A DNA stretch of 63,685 nt, counting the filler, from Octopus bimaculoides (lineage: Eukaryota), in NCBI RefSeq assembly GCF_001194135.2. It is 13 parts of 11 records of this genome, joined end to end, with 100 filler letters (N's around TTAATTAATTAA, not from the genome) between each part and the next. Parts side by side here need not be neighbours in the genome. Positions count along the whole stretch, not along the records: positions 18,440 to 28,603 come from NC_068984.1; positions 28,704 to 39,112 come from NC_068991.1; 11 more parts are not named here. One strand, 5' to 3'. Below, in pieces: positions 22,097 to 35,517 of the stretch. The notes under the pieces are model-generated. The model was given only the letters and a program-made list of their open reading frames with translations, was not told where the DNA came from and ran no database searches. Within the stretch, counting starts at the first letter, position 1. Each line of letters starts with the position of its first letter. Position numbers and translations under genes: made by a program.

Positions 22097-23924
22097 GATA
22101 GATTAAAACGAGCAAGTATGAAAGCAAGACTCCAAGTCAAAGATAGAACGCAAAATAACAATGTAAAGGAAAACGGTGAGCAAGTAATAAAAGGAAAATG
22201 GAAGGCAGAGATATCTTATGAAAGAGTGGGAGAATATGACAAGAGTTAGTAAGAAGTAGGAGAACAGCAGATATTAAACAACACACCGACCGCAGACGAT
22301 CAAGTAAGATTTCGGCTCCGTGTATTGGTTTATAAATTAAGCAACATAAAGTGTGGAGAGCTAAAGGACTTATGTTTGGTTGGCTGGCTAGCTTAGTGGT
22401 TGGTCACTGAGAATAGTTGGCTGGCTGGTAGTTGATGAATGTCAAGTTAGGTCAGCATAGAGATGTAATTAATGTATCTTTGATGAGGCTATCGATTTGT
22501 ACAAGACAGACATCACCGCAGTTGGTCTATAAACGAGATCATGCACCCCCCCCCCACACACACACATACACAAGCACTCACACATACACACACACACACA
22601 CTCACATACACAAGCACTCACACACACACACACACTCAAGCGTATGCAAACACACTCGTACACATGGATATACATATACATACACAGGAACACGCATGGA
22701 TGTACACACACACATATACACATATATGCATACGCGCACTTATACATGTGCTTACATTTATATGCAGATGTACATACGTACACACATGCACACACATGCA
22801 CACACGCACACATACACTCTTATATAAACAATAATGTACGTTTTCACAATGCATATTCATGTATATATGTGTGTATTTATGCACACATATACGCAGCCAT
22901 ACTCACACATATTTACACACGTGTATGTATGTATGTATGTATGTATTGGTAAATATATCAGATTCGTCAAGTGCTTTGCCAAAAAGTTACGGACAAGGAA
23001 AGACCTAGAAGCAGGTGTGTTGTTCTGATGCAGTGTACGAGTCTTGTTTGTCGTTTATCCAGAATCCTTTCTTCGCACTGTCTCTCTCAAACACCTCAGG
23101 ACATCCGAATAGAATGCTTTATTGATCATCTGACTACGTGCAACAAACACATGATGAACGAGTACCTTCCAGACGATTAACATTATCCTTATATATGAGA
23201 GGCTTTATTTTTATCTTGATCTTGACGACGATAAACCATTCTTTTTCAACGTGTGTCTGTGGGAGGTGGGAGCGTGATGTTTCCGAAGAAGTAGTCGTCT
23301 GTAAAGGCTTCTTGTAATCATTTTATACATATGTATTTTCGACCACTCGTGCTCAATGTATGTGTTTTACTTGTTCACCGGTTCGCTGCTGTATAGTGCT
23401 CTGGATAAAAATCCCTCATAACACTGAGTATTAAAACACCTGAAAGTCATAGACAGGCGAGACAAGCAAAACACTTACATTGAGTATGTGTGGTCGATAG
23501 TGTTTACAACACTAGGGCTGCTTTTAATTCATAATTTAACATACACACACAGATACACACACATACACAAACAAACAGACACACACACACACACATACAC
23601 ACAAACAAACAAACAAACACGCATATATAGATGATTATGATGGCTGCCCGCTTGTGACTGAGGAAGACCATCACAGACCATTGGTCATGCGAAACACCGA
23701 CAATGCTGGTGCATAAGGTTATTGCACCAGCAGCTGGCCTCACCCGGCTTCACGTCCGCAGCTTCCATGCTTACTGCTGTGCCCTTCTACTCGACCCGAT
23801 ATCAGATATTCGTTTCGCTGGTTATTGCAAAACCTAAACTTTTACTTTCAATAAGGCTTGCACAGAACTTCACACATCTTCACACACCTTCTCTACCCTA
23901 ATGACATGATGACATGATGACATG

Positions 23925-24068
23925 TATGTATACATACATACAGCCATACATACATACATACATACATACATACATACATACATACATACATACATACATG
24001 CATACATACATACATACATACATACATACATACATACATACATAATACATACATACATACATACATAA
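23925..24068. repeat. (CATA)n microsatellite
   Basis: Direct inspection. Confidence 0.95.
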
Positions 24069-24127
24069 GTAATCATTTTAAATTTGGCTATACACCTAGT
24101 AGTATGCTGTTTAAAGCTCGTTCACAG

Positions 24128-24281
24128 TATTCGGCAACCTGAAGTTATCAACACCATGCGTGTATATGCCAAGTTTTGACAAGTCACCTGACACAGGCAT
24201 CTGTACCTATGTTGCACCACAACTCTTTCTATACCATCTCACCCGCGAGGCACCGGTACACGATGGGTCGAATCGATCGCA
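24128..24281 (+). CDS. Candidate internal exon of unknown host gene (FGNLKLSTPCVYMPSFDKSPDTGICTYVAPQLFLYHLTREAPVHDGSNRS)
   Basis: TTCACAG acceptor, GTGAGT donor, 50 open codons of non-repetitive sequence between microsatellites; no family recognised. Confidence 0.3.
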
Positions 24282-24544
24282 GTGAGTAATAAAGAGTCTC
24301 ATGAATTTCATTTTTTTCTCATACATACATACATGCATACATACATACATACATACATACATACATACATGTATGTGTGTGTATACGAAAAATCCAGCGA
24401 AATCCGTGAAAGAAGAGTCAGTATATCCAGTGGTAATGTAGATGAGACGAGGTACAGAAAGTTCGGGAAGGGTTAAGATATACAAGTCCAAAGAGTAGGA
24501 AGTTTAGGCAGGATAAAACTTGGGTAACCACGTAAGCGCACAAT

Positions 24545-24670
24545 ATATAGTTGAAATTTATAGAAAAACAAAAGACGAAGACAGGAATATGAACAACGAG
24601 CAGGAGTATTAGTTTGACGCTCGGGAAAATGAAAATGTCTTTTATGTTTCGAGTCTACGCTCTCTTATTC
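24545..24670 (-). mobile_element. Penelope pLTR-like repeat with degenerate hammerhead half
   Basis: Aligns with 38320-38450 and 51545-51662; GAG-CGTAGA-CTC-GAAAC hairpin. Confidence 0.55.
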
Positions 24671-27354
24671 CTTTCTAGAATCATGCGACAGGAAACCTTT
24701 ACATTTTTCGGAAATTCCAAGGGCTGTCAGATGACGATGATAACTTTTGCAATGTACTCGTTGCCCATTTTGTGAAAGGTCTCCCGAATTTATGATCATA
24801 TTTTCTAGATGTGCTCCTCAATTTGAAACATGGTAGAACTTATGGCATTGAACATGATCCATATAAATTTTCTCCGAAGATCTATTGCTGCATAATATAA
24901 GAAAATCTCTGTGAAATTTTTTTCCTAACTGAAACAGAATTTCATACACATACAAAGACAAAAAGCTTCAATAACCTTCTCAATTATATTTCGATTTTGA
25001 GACAAATTGCCAAGTGCACTACACGTGCATTCACTTTAGCACGTATAGACTAATGACTAACTGAAGTGGCGTGAGGTGACTATTATCAGACTGATGGTAA
25101 ATATCGCCAATACACAGCACTGCAATTCAAAGCACGCTGCCCTGAATGATTAATGCAGAAACAACTGTACTTTTTTTTTATTTTGTTGCTTCTTAAAAAC
25201 CGGTGTTCAATAGTGATCAACTATCAAAATCGACTATCGTCCCAATAAGTAACACATAGATATATATATATATATCTTGTAATGTAGACTATGTATGACT
25301 AAAGAAGCTGAAATGTGCACAGACCTTCGAAAATACATACAAGTGCAACTTCTGCATGCTCTATATCTATTAATAGCCTTAGATAGGTTGACGTTACGCA
25401 CAAACATATATGTGTAATACACACTCATGCAACAAGCATACATACACCACTGGTTTTTCTGAGTTGTTTCTCTTTGTTCATTTTTGTTTTAATTATACCA
25501 ATTACATTAGGTCATAGATGTTATCTACACCCTTTGTCAATGTGTATTTTATTGTTAGAGTCATGCAGGACAAGTCTATTCTGATGGTGCTTATTGAGGC
25601 AGAAGCACGTGTTGACAATTGTCCTCTTGTTTCCAGTTAAAAAGAAACTTTATTTAATAATATTTCAATTCCGGAGAACTATCGATTTCTTGAAATTATC
25701 TCTCCATGTCAATCAGAGTCGGTTGCAATTGCTACTCGATGTTTGCTTGCCTTTCTCTCAAAGCAAAGCGTAATTTCAAAAAGAATCAAAAATGTATCTT
25801 GTGTGCATTTCTTTATCACAAACGCACGCGTGCGTGCATACACACACACACACACACACACACGCATAAATGTTATCACAGATACAGAAGATGCGCGATT
25901 TGAGTCCCACTGGCAGCTTTCCATCTTTATTTCAACTAAAACCTTTAAATCCAATATATAAGCTATTACTAATAGATGTATTCGCTTCAAGATATACCGT
26001 CACATAAATGTGTGTGTATGTGTGTGTGTGTGTGCGTGTGTGCGTGTGTGCGTATGTGTGCGCGTGCGCGTGAAATACCAATCTTGAGAAATTAGGCTTC
26101 AACCTCTCTATGTCATTATTCAGTTTATTTCAAGATTTCTTGCCAATAGAAAAAAGAACCTGTTTCTAACCTAGATCCAAAATTCCTTCACTGGAATTTT
26201 AACATCAACAACAGGGTGTTTTTGTATGTATGTATGTAGGTATGTATGTGCAGAATTGTATATTTTATGTATGTATTCTCATGCATATAGTTGCATATCT
26301 AGACATGCTCATATATATTTAAATGACAAACTTTTGGGAAGTTATACAGATTTTTACAGTTCCAGTGATGGATTGGATCTATAGCCATCGAATTTGTTTC
26401 CTGCTTTCTGGTTTTGAGAAGCCCAATTTCTCAAGATTGGTATTTAGGCAGTGTGTTAAATATCTCAGGGCTCCAGTAATTACAGGTATAAACCTGAACT
26501 TGTAATCTGGATAGATATGTATGTATGTATGTATGTATGTAAGTATGTATGTATGTATGTATGTATGTATGTATGTATGTATATGAGATGGGCAAAATGA
26601 GTAATTTATGATTTCTTATTATTTCTTTCTTGCGTGTTAGAAATCATTACATCGCGAATATCATATTTTGTATGGTTGCATTATCTTTGGGGGTTAAACT
26701 TGATCAACATTGTTGTTGTTGAAGTTGCGAGAGTTTGGAACATAGGTGACAGGTACTTTTCTTTCGAGAAATTTTTCCTCAAATTTGACCTGATTGTAAT
26801 GTATGTTTCTAATAAAATATATAAATAGCTTTTGCTATTTAACAATCAAAATTCTTTTCTGTGTCATTTCTTTCTCACACTAATGTCTACTTTCATAATT
26901 TTAAACTTACAAAACCATGTTGTCTAAAATGGGGCAAAATGAGTTCAATAATTCCTTCTCTTTAACGGCAGGTTACGTAAATATATAAGTAAGAGAACCA
27001 CTCAAGAAAATTTTGATAGTTTTAAAATTTAGTCGGGTTTCGTTAATTTCATATCATGTGCCATTTTTCTATGATCTTCTTTGATCTGACCAAGATATTT
27101 TAATTTTTGTTGCATTTCTGACGTCTAAGGATGGATACTGATGTGTTTGAATCTTTTTTCAATTGTAATCTTGGAGTATTGAAGCGACAAATTTGCCTTA
27201 TATTGCCTTACACATTTTGCCCCTGCTAAATTTGTTTTTTATATGCTCAAAGACAATGGAGATAATTTCCTGAAATAATGTTCTGAATATGATATAATCA
27301 TTTCGATGCATTTAGAGAGGGTCATTTGCTTAGCTGGTATAGCTTTTGTAAGGT

Positions 27355-27550
27355 AATGAACATTCGTGTTCGTCTCCCACCATCACTTGACAACCGAAGT
27401 TGGTGTGTTTATGTCCCCGTAACTTGGCGGTTCGGCAAAAACGACTGATAGAATAAGTACTGGGCTTACAAAGAATGAGTCCTAGGGTCGACTTCTTCGA
27501 TTCAAACCCATTAAGGTGGCAGCAGTCAAATGACTGAAACAGGTAAAAAG
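27355..27550 (+). mobile_element. SINE family A, 3' module
   Basis: CACTTGACAACCG...CTTGGCGGTTCGGCAAAA...CAAATGACTGAAAC. Confidence 0.85.
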
Positions 27551-28148
27551 AAAAAAGAAAGACAAAATGTATACACACAAACATACATGTATATACCTAT
27601 GTATATGCAAATATATATATGTATATATATANNNNNNNNNNNNNNNNNNNNNNNNNNNNNNNNNNNNNNNNNNNNNNNNNNNNNNNNNNNNNNNNNNNNN
27701 NNNNNNNNNNNNNNNNNNNNNNNNNNNNNNNNNNNNNNNNNNNNNNNNNNNNNNNNNNNNNNNNNNNNNNNNNNNNNNNNNNNNNNNNNNNNNNNNNNNN
27801 NNNNNNNNNNNNNNNNNNNNNNNNNNNNNNNNNNNNNNNNNNNNNNNNNNNNNNNNNNNNNNNNNNNNNNNNNNNNNNNNNNNNNNNNNNNNNNNNNNNN
27901 NNNNNNNNNNNNNNNNNNNNNNNNNNNNNNNNNNNNNNNNNNNNNNNNNNNNNNNNNNNNNNNNNNNNNNNNNNNNNNNNNNNNNNNNNNNNNNNNNNNN
28001 NNNNNNNNNNNNNNNNNNNNNNNNNNNNNNNNNNNNNNNNNATATATATATATATATATATATATACTGAGAAACGAAAAGGAAGAAAAGACACACGCAT
28101 CACGTCAACCTATCGTGTAGACGAAAGAATGTGTTTTTAATACAGCAG

Positions 28149-28242
28149 GTGTCATGTTAGTTCTACCGGATTACCGACCACTCGCTGCCGTTCAACCAGT
28201 CACCAATAAAATATTAGCATACAATCCACCAATGGACGGCAG
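28149..28242 (+). CDS. Candidate internal exon (xVMLVLPDYRPLAAVQPVTNKILAYNPPMDG)
   Basis: TTTTTAATACAGCAG acceptor (NAGNAG), perfect CAG|GTAAGT donor, only one of three frames open. Confidence 0.5.
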
Positions 28243-28467
28243 GTAAGTGCTGGCCGTCTATTTTACTGCCCACCTACTGTGTAAACCTCTAATGCACAAT
28301 CTTGTATGTATTATTGACAAACAGCCAGCTCACAGCGGGGAGTCATGCATATATAATTACTTGAACCTACACATAAATTATTCACAACGAGCAGAAGAAA
28401 AAGTGTTAATACACACATGCGTACGCACATGCATAGATACCTGCATATATATATTCACAAACATATA

Positions 28468-28498
<31 letters not shown>

Positions 28499-28569
28499 GT
28501 GTGTGTATATATATATCGAGTTTGAAGTCTCTGTCTCTTTTGCATATGAAAATTTAAAAGTTAAAAACC

Positions 28570-28603
<34 letters not shown>

Positions 28604-28940
28604 NNNNNNNNNNNNNNNNNNNNNNNNNNNNNNNNNNNNNNNNNNNNTTAATTAATTAANNNNNNNNNNNNNNNNNNNNNNNNNNNNNNNNNNNNNNNNN
28701 NNNGTGTGTGTGTCTGTGCTAATGTGCGTGTCTGTGTTTGCGTGTGTGTGTTAATGTATGTACGTATGTCTGTCTGTCTGTCTGTCTGTACGTATGTATG
28801 TAGGAATGAAGGTAAGTAGGTAGGTAGGTAAATAGGTAGGTAGGTAGGTGTATATGTATGCATGCATGAATGTAGGTGTGCATGTATGTAGGTATGTATG
28901 TATGCATGTATACATGTATATATTTATATATATATGTAGT

Positions 28941-28941
28941 T

Positions 28942-28996
<55 letters not shown>

Positions 28997-29035
28997 TGAT
29001 AGATAGATAGATAGATAGATTGATAGATAGATAGA
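28941..29035. repeat. (TAGA)n microsatellite
   Basis: Direct inspection. Confidence 0.95.
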
Positions 29036-29110
29036 GCTACTATATAATGTAGCTCTCTGAACAGGTGCATGATGGTGTCGGAATGTATGTGTGTGACACA
29101 TTGTCTTTAC

Positions 29111-29157
<47 letters not shown>

Positions 29158-29585
29158 CCTGTGTGTGTGTTGCAATGATTTGTAGCGAAAATTTTTTATA
29201 GATTAAATGGTTTGTTTACGCAATATGTGCGAGTATGTATATATATATGTGTGTGTGTGTGTGTGTAATATATGTATATGTATATATATGTAATGTATAT
29301 ATGTATGTCACTATGTAAGTGTTTGTAAAATAGATTAAATGGTTTGTTTACGTAATATGTTTTTGAGTATATATATATATATATGTATGTGCGTGTGCGT
29401 GTGTGTGTATGTGTGTGTGTGTGTGTGTGTGTGTATTTGTATTAGTGTTTATACATGTAACTGTAAGAGTAGAACCAACAGATGGATTTAAGAGCGTTGT
29501 ATAGACAAAAGAACTGGATTTGTGCTTGTGTGTGTGTGAGTGTGTGTGTGAGTGTGTGTGTGTGTGTGTGTGTGTNNNNNNNNNN

Positions 29586-29629
<44 letters not shown>

Positions 29630-29860
29630 CGGTGCTTGTATATGTTGATGGCTGCATGGATATATACAGTGATGTGTGGACGTATATTCATCTATAGAAA
29701 TGCATGTATTTGTGTATATGTTTCCCTTCGCGTTTTATTTAAATTCTTCCGGCAAAGAATACGAAGTGCCATCACAGGAATTTAGACGAAAACAAGAACG
29801 AAAATTTCGCGCTGAATTCTTGAAAAAAAAAAATCTTTGAAAATTCTATACACGAGCGCA

Positions 29861-29916
29861 TGTGTGCACGCGTATGTGTGCACGCGTATGTGTGCACGCG
29901 CATGTGTGCACGCGCA
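29861..29916. repeat. 14-bp minisatellite TGTGTGCACGCGYA x4
   Basis: Counted unit by unit. Confidence 0.9.
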
Positions 29917-30034
29917 TGTATGTAGGTATGCATGTATTTATATCTGATATATGCATGAGCACGCGCGCGTGTGTGTGTGTGTCTGTGTGTGTGTTTGCGT
30001 GCGTGTGTGTGTGTATCTAGAACAAAGTTTATTC

Positions 30035-30178
30035 TTTTACTCTTTTACTCTCTTTTACTTGTTTCAGTCATCTGACTGTGGTCATGCTGGAGCACCGCCA
30101 TTGGTCGAGCAAATTGACTCCGGGACTTATTCTTTGTAAGCCTAGTACTTATTCTATTGCTAAGTGACGGGGGACATA
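30035..30178 (-). mobile_element. SINE family A, 3' module
   Basis: (CTCTTTTA)n tail, GCTGGAGCACCGCC, AAGCCTAGTACTTATTC. Confidence 0.85.
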
Positions 30179-30229
30179 AATATATGCATATGTACATACC
30201 TACATATATAAATATATATACATGCATAT

Positions 30230-31096
30230 ATGGGTACAGGACATCAAAAAACGTAGACACAATGAGAAACGAAAACATAAAAGGCAAAAACATAGAAAAC
30301 GAACTTTTTTCGAACAACGAAAAAATACCCCAGAGAAACGAGACATGCAGCATAAAGAACATTCCCTTCATCAGTTGTCCCCTGTTTTATCTACTCCACG
30401 TTTCGAAGGTAAGGACAATACGCGACTTCGTTAAAACAGTCCTTCCCGCAAAGCAAATTAAATAAAATTTGGGATTTTTTGCGGAGGGTGAAAGTGGTAA
30501 CAAAAATAGGACAGTGAGAACAAAACAGTAAAAACAAACAGTCAGGGATGTTAAGCCAAGACGATGTGAAGAAGTGAACGCTGGAAAAACGAGCTTTAAG
30601 AAGAGACAGGTAAAAACATGTCTTGTCTTTAGGAAGTAAGTGGAAAAAAGAAAGATAGATGGCCTTTCGTTACATGTGTGCAACGAGAGAGTCAAGTCGG
30701 AAGAGTGAGAGAGAGATGAGAAGAATAGGGGAAGAGTGGGAGAGAAAAACAGAAAGGAAGAAGAACAAGAGAGGGAGATGGATAGACAGGGAAGAGATAG
30801 AATAGGAGTGCGTATCGTAATTATTAAGATAAAACTTACTTGGAAAGGGATGCGTGGCGTTCGATCATATAATGATATAAATAATATATAAATATATGCA
30901 TATATACATACATAAATGTACATACCTACTGGGTGCAGGACATTACGCGACTTCATTAAAACAGTCCTTCCCGCAAAGCAAATTAAATAAAATTTGGGAT
31001 TTTTTGCGGAGGGTGAAAGTGGTAACAAAAACAGGACAGTGAGAACAAAACACTAAAAACAAACGGTGAGGTCCATTAAGCCAAGACGATGTGAAG
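30230..31096 (-). mobile_element. Probable Penelope-associated non-autonomous element with a ~160-bp direct repeat (30411-30571 and 30937-31096)
   Basis: Direct repeat seen; layout homologous to 58380-58680; carries hammerhead core motifs. Confidence 0.5.
30361..30426 (-). ncRNA. Candidate non-circularly permuted hammerhead ribozyme, copy 1
   Basis: - strand GTCGCGT-A|TTGTCC-TTA-CCTTC-GAA-ACGTGG-15 nt-GGACAA-CTGATGA-AGGG; stems I and III pair; stem II register ambiguous. Confidence 0.55.
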
Positions 31097-31797
31097 TTAT
31101 GTATATATGCAAACATACGTACATATATTCACGTATATATGCATAGTGTATGTATATATGCATAAATTGTTATATTTGTGAAAATATGCATTTATGCATA
31201 ACTCCACATGTGAAAAGAATAAAGATGATATGCAATGGGTTACAGGTTAATGAATTTGGATTAAAATGCTTATATGCTGAAGTATATACAGAAATAGATG
31301 AATGTTTGTATAAATACATAAGTTTGTGTCGTTTATTTGAGACTAGAAATTATACGTGTTTCTGAAAATGATATCATACGCCTTATAAAAGTTGAAACGT
31401 ATTAAATATCATAGTATCTTTATCGGAAATCTCGTTATTGTATGCTACTCTATACTTTAAAAAGGTCAAAATCCTCGGTTAGTTTCGGGTAGAAACACCG
31501 GAAAGTCTGATGACTAAGAACATTAGAGAGTCAAAGAGAATAAGTGGAATACTGATTAAATACCTTTTGGATGTTCTTCAGAAACGGCAAAAAAAAATAT
31601 CGAAGAGAGGAGAAAAATTAAGATGTTAACATCATATTAAGTTTGTAGATGCGATGCACACCGTAACCTTAATCATATCAAACAAAAAAATTGACTATGC
31701 AATATACGTATAGAATATACCTTGAGAGATGAGCACAGATGGTATATAATTTCATAAAATATTTATAGCATTCTGTGAAATGGGATATGATGTGTAT

Positions 31798-31840
<43 letters not shown>

Positions 31841-32504
31841 NNNNNNNNNNNNNNNNNNNNNNNNNNNNNNNNNNNNNNNNNNNNNNNNNNNNNNNNNNNN
31901 NNNNNNNNNNNNNNNNNNNNNNNNNNNNNNNNNNNNNNNNNNNNNNNNNNNNNNNNNNNNNNNNNNNNNNNNNNNNNNNNNNNNNNNNNNNNNNNNNNNN
32001 NNNNNNNNNNNNNNNNNNNNNNNNNNNNNNNNNNNNNNNNNNNNNNNNNNNNNNNNNNNNNNNNNNNNNNNNNNNNNNNNNNNNNNNNNNNNNNNNNNNN
32101 NNNNNNNNNNNNNNNNNNNNNNNNNNNNNNNNNNNNNNNNNNNNNNNNNNNNNNNNNNNNNNNNNNNNNNNNNNNNNNNNNNNNNNNNNNNNNNNNNNNN
32201 NNNNNNNNNNNNNNNNNNNNNNNNNNNNNNNNNNNNNNNNNNNNNNNNNNNNNNNNNNNNNNNNNNNNNNNNNNNNNNNNNNNNNNNNNNNNNNNNNNNN
32301 NNNNNNNNNNNNNNNNNNNNNNNNNNNNNNNNNNNNNNNNNNNNNNNNNNNNNNNNNNNNNNNNNNNNNNNNNNNNNNNNNNNNNNNNNNNNNNNNNNNN
32401 NNNNNNNNNNNNNNNNNNNNNNNNNNNNNNNNNNNNNNNNNNNNNNNNNNNNNNNNNNNNNNNNNNNNNNNNNNNNNNNNNNNNNNNNNNNNNNNNNNNN
32501 NNNN

Positions 32505-32570
<66 letters not shown>

Positions 32571-33009
32571 ATTTACTCATAGCTTCATGCTTTAGAGATA
32601 CAATAAATTGGAAAATCTCCATGGCTTAAAATCCAAGCTGTGTTCTTATGAAGCACTTCTGCATTTTCCAGCACTTCATATCTGTATGTAGATGCTATAT
32701 TTGTATGAAGTATGCGCAATTAAACAGTCATAGGAGGAGATTGGAAAATCTTTTTGTATTTTTCATTGGCCATTACACGTGTTTCATTTGCTAATAGGAG
32801 TACAAAATTGTACATGTAGCATGTATATATAAACGCTTCATCCAAATGTTATTTCGTGTGATTTGATTCTCTTTCTGAAGTATTTTTAACAGTAGATATC
32901 TTACGTGTTTTCTACTACATGTACAAGTCGATAACTCCTATTAGCAAATGAAAGACGTGTAATGGTGAATACTACATAATAACCAAAACTTCTCGAATTA
33001 CCTCTGTGC

Positions 33010-33045
<36 letters not shown>

Positions 33046-33367
33046 NNNNNNNNNNNNNNNNNNNNNNNNNNNNNNNNNNNNNNNNNNNNNNNNNNNNNNN
33101 NNNNNNNNNNNNNNNNNNNNNNNNNNNNNNNNNNNNNNNNNNNNNNNNNNNNNNNNNNNNNNNNNNNNNNNNNNNNNNNNNNNNNNNNNNNNNNNNNNNN
33201 NNNNNNNNNNNNNNNNNNNNNNNNNNNNNNNNNNNNNNNNNNNNNNNNNNNNNNNNNNNNNNNNNNNNNNNNNNNNNNNNNNNNNNNNNNNNNNNNNNNN
33301 NNNNNNNNNNNNNNNNNNNNNNNNNNNNNNNNNNNNNNNNNNNNNNNNNNNNNNNNNNNNNNNNNNN

Positions 33368-33405
<38 letters not shown>

Positions 33406-33448
33406 AGTGTGTGTGCGTGTGTGTGTGTGTGTTTGAGTGTGTGTGCCC

Positions 33449-33483
<35 letters not shown>

Positions 33484-33499
33484 TGTGTGTGTGTGTGTG

Positions 33500-33780
33500 T
33501 GAGTGTCCTGTAAGAAGTCTGCTTCTCAACCACATGGTTCCTGTTGAAGTTCCACTCTATGGTGGCATCTTGTATAGGTGTCTTCCGTTATAGCCTCAGG
33601 TCAACCGAAGCTTGTGTGAGTGGATTTGGTGGATGGAAACTGAGAGAAGCCTGTCCCATATGTGTGTGTGTTGTGTGTGTGCGTGTGTGTCTGTGTCCCA
33701 TCACTGCTTGTGAACGGGTGTTGTTTCTTTTTCTTACATCCCTATAACTTAAAATGACAGCTATGAGACTTGACATGATA
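33500..33780 (+). mobile_element. SINE family A, degenerate near-full copy
   Basis: CTCAACCACATGGTTCC...TTGTGTGAGTGGATTTGGTGGATGGAAACTGAG. Confidence 0.7.
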
Positions 33781-34384
33781 CGTGGATAGCAAGTGGGCAA
33801 CATTGAACCTGGTATCTGTGTGTAAGCAACCACGGCCAGCTAACGTGTGCGTGTATACTCTGTGTGTTTATGCGTGAATATATGTGTGTATGCACGACTC
33901 TCTGTGTATGTGTCCATATTTTCTCTTTATGTGTGTCTATGGAGCTATCCATTTTAAATATGTGTGCGAGAGCACGTGAGTATGCATGCATACTATAAGT
34001 TTTTGTGAGTATCTCTGTATACGTGTGTGCATGTGTGTATACAAAGGGATTGACCGAATGAAACAACCGCTCTGCTGGTTCACTTAATATCTAAGGAAAT
34101 AAAAATATATCTATTAGTTTGTACCGTGTATACACGCACAGTCAAAAGCACGTGCATTTCCATAAAGTGTTCAGCTAACTAAACGACCTGTCGGTGTTTC
34201 GACGAAATACAGGGATACACAGATATACACAAGTGTCATTGCAGCTAACTGCATTTGCTGCACATGTCAAAAGGGTACACAAAGAGATGGTTGCATTCTG
34301 CTAATTATGTATATATGTATGTATGTCTGTATGTATGTATGTATGTATGTATGTATGTATGAATGTATTGATAGATATATAGTT

Positions 34385-34465
34385 CGAAGACGAAATCGAG
34401 CCCAGGACTTATTCTTTGTAAGACTAGTACTTCTATCGGTGTCTTTGGCGAACCGCTATGTCACG
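34385..34465 (-). mobile_element. SINE family A, 3' module fragment
   Basis: CCCAGGACTTATTCTTTGTAAGACTAGTAC...GAACCGCTA. Confidence 0.7.
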
Positions 34466-35471
34466 NNNNNNNNNNNNNNNNNNNNNNNNNNNNNNNNNNN
34501 NNNNNNNNNNNNNNNNNNNNNNNNNNNNNNNNNNNNNNNNNNNNNNNNNNNNNNNNNNNNNNNNNNNNNNNNNNNNNNNNNNNNNNNNNNNNNNNNNNNN
34601 NNNNNNNNNNNNNNNNNNNNNNNNNNNNNNNNNNNNNNNNNNNNNNNNNNNNNNNNNNNNNNNNNNNNNNNNNNNNNNNNNNNNNNNNNNNNNNNNNNNN
34701 NNNNNNNNNNNNNNNNNNNNNNNNNNNNNNNNNNNNNNNNNNNNNNNNNNNNNNNNNNNNNNNNNNNNNNNNNNNNNNNNNNNNNNNNNNNNNNNNNNNN
34801 NNNNNNNNNNNNNNNNNNNNNNNNNNNNNNNNNNNNNNNNNNNNNNNNNNNNNNNNNNNNNNNNNNNNNNNNNNNNNNNNNNNNNNNNNNNNNNNNNNNN
34901 NNNNNNNNNNNNNNNNNNNNNNNNNNNNNNNNNNNNNNNNNNNNNNNNNNNNNNNNNNNNNNNNNNNNNNNNNNNNNNNNNNNNNNNNNNNNNNNNNNNN
35001 NNNNNNNNNNNNNNNNNNNNNNNNNNNNNNNNNNNNNNNNNNNNNNNNNNNNNNNNNNNNNNNNNNNNNNNNNNNNNNNNNNNNNNNNNNNNNNNNNNNN
35101 NNNNNNNNNNNNNNNNNNNNNNNNNNNNNNNNNNNNNNNNNNNNNNNNNNNNNNNNNNNNNNNNNNNNNNNNNNNNNNNNNNNNNNNNNNNNNNNNNNNN
35201 NNNNNNNNNNNNNNNNNNNNNNNNNNNNTTTTTTTCTTTTCAGTGATGACCGCACACCACCCTCTTTTCATATTTTTTCCTACTGCCTAAAATTGACATC
35301 TTTGAAAGGTCACCAGCCCTTGTGAGAAAATGTGTTTATTTACAAATATGTTGATAAGTATACAACGGAAAAAGAAAAAAGGAAGAAAGGAGAAAGAAAA
35401 GAAGAAAAGTGCTTTGTAATGAAATTTCAATGAATTGACCACATCAAATTGAAAAAAAAACCCTCTCTCTC

Positions 35472-35517
<46 letters not shown>

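Noticed and set aside
23063-23180. Open frame ILSSHCLSQTPQDIRIECFIDHLTTCNKHMMNEYLPDD after a CCAG acceptor
   Set aside because: No recognisable family, weak donor and no link to other exons
26586-27225. GGGGCAAAATG motifs in direct and inverted orientation suggesting a pogo-like MITE
   Set aside because: Only ~11-bp matches; termini and TSD could not be defined
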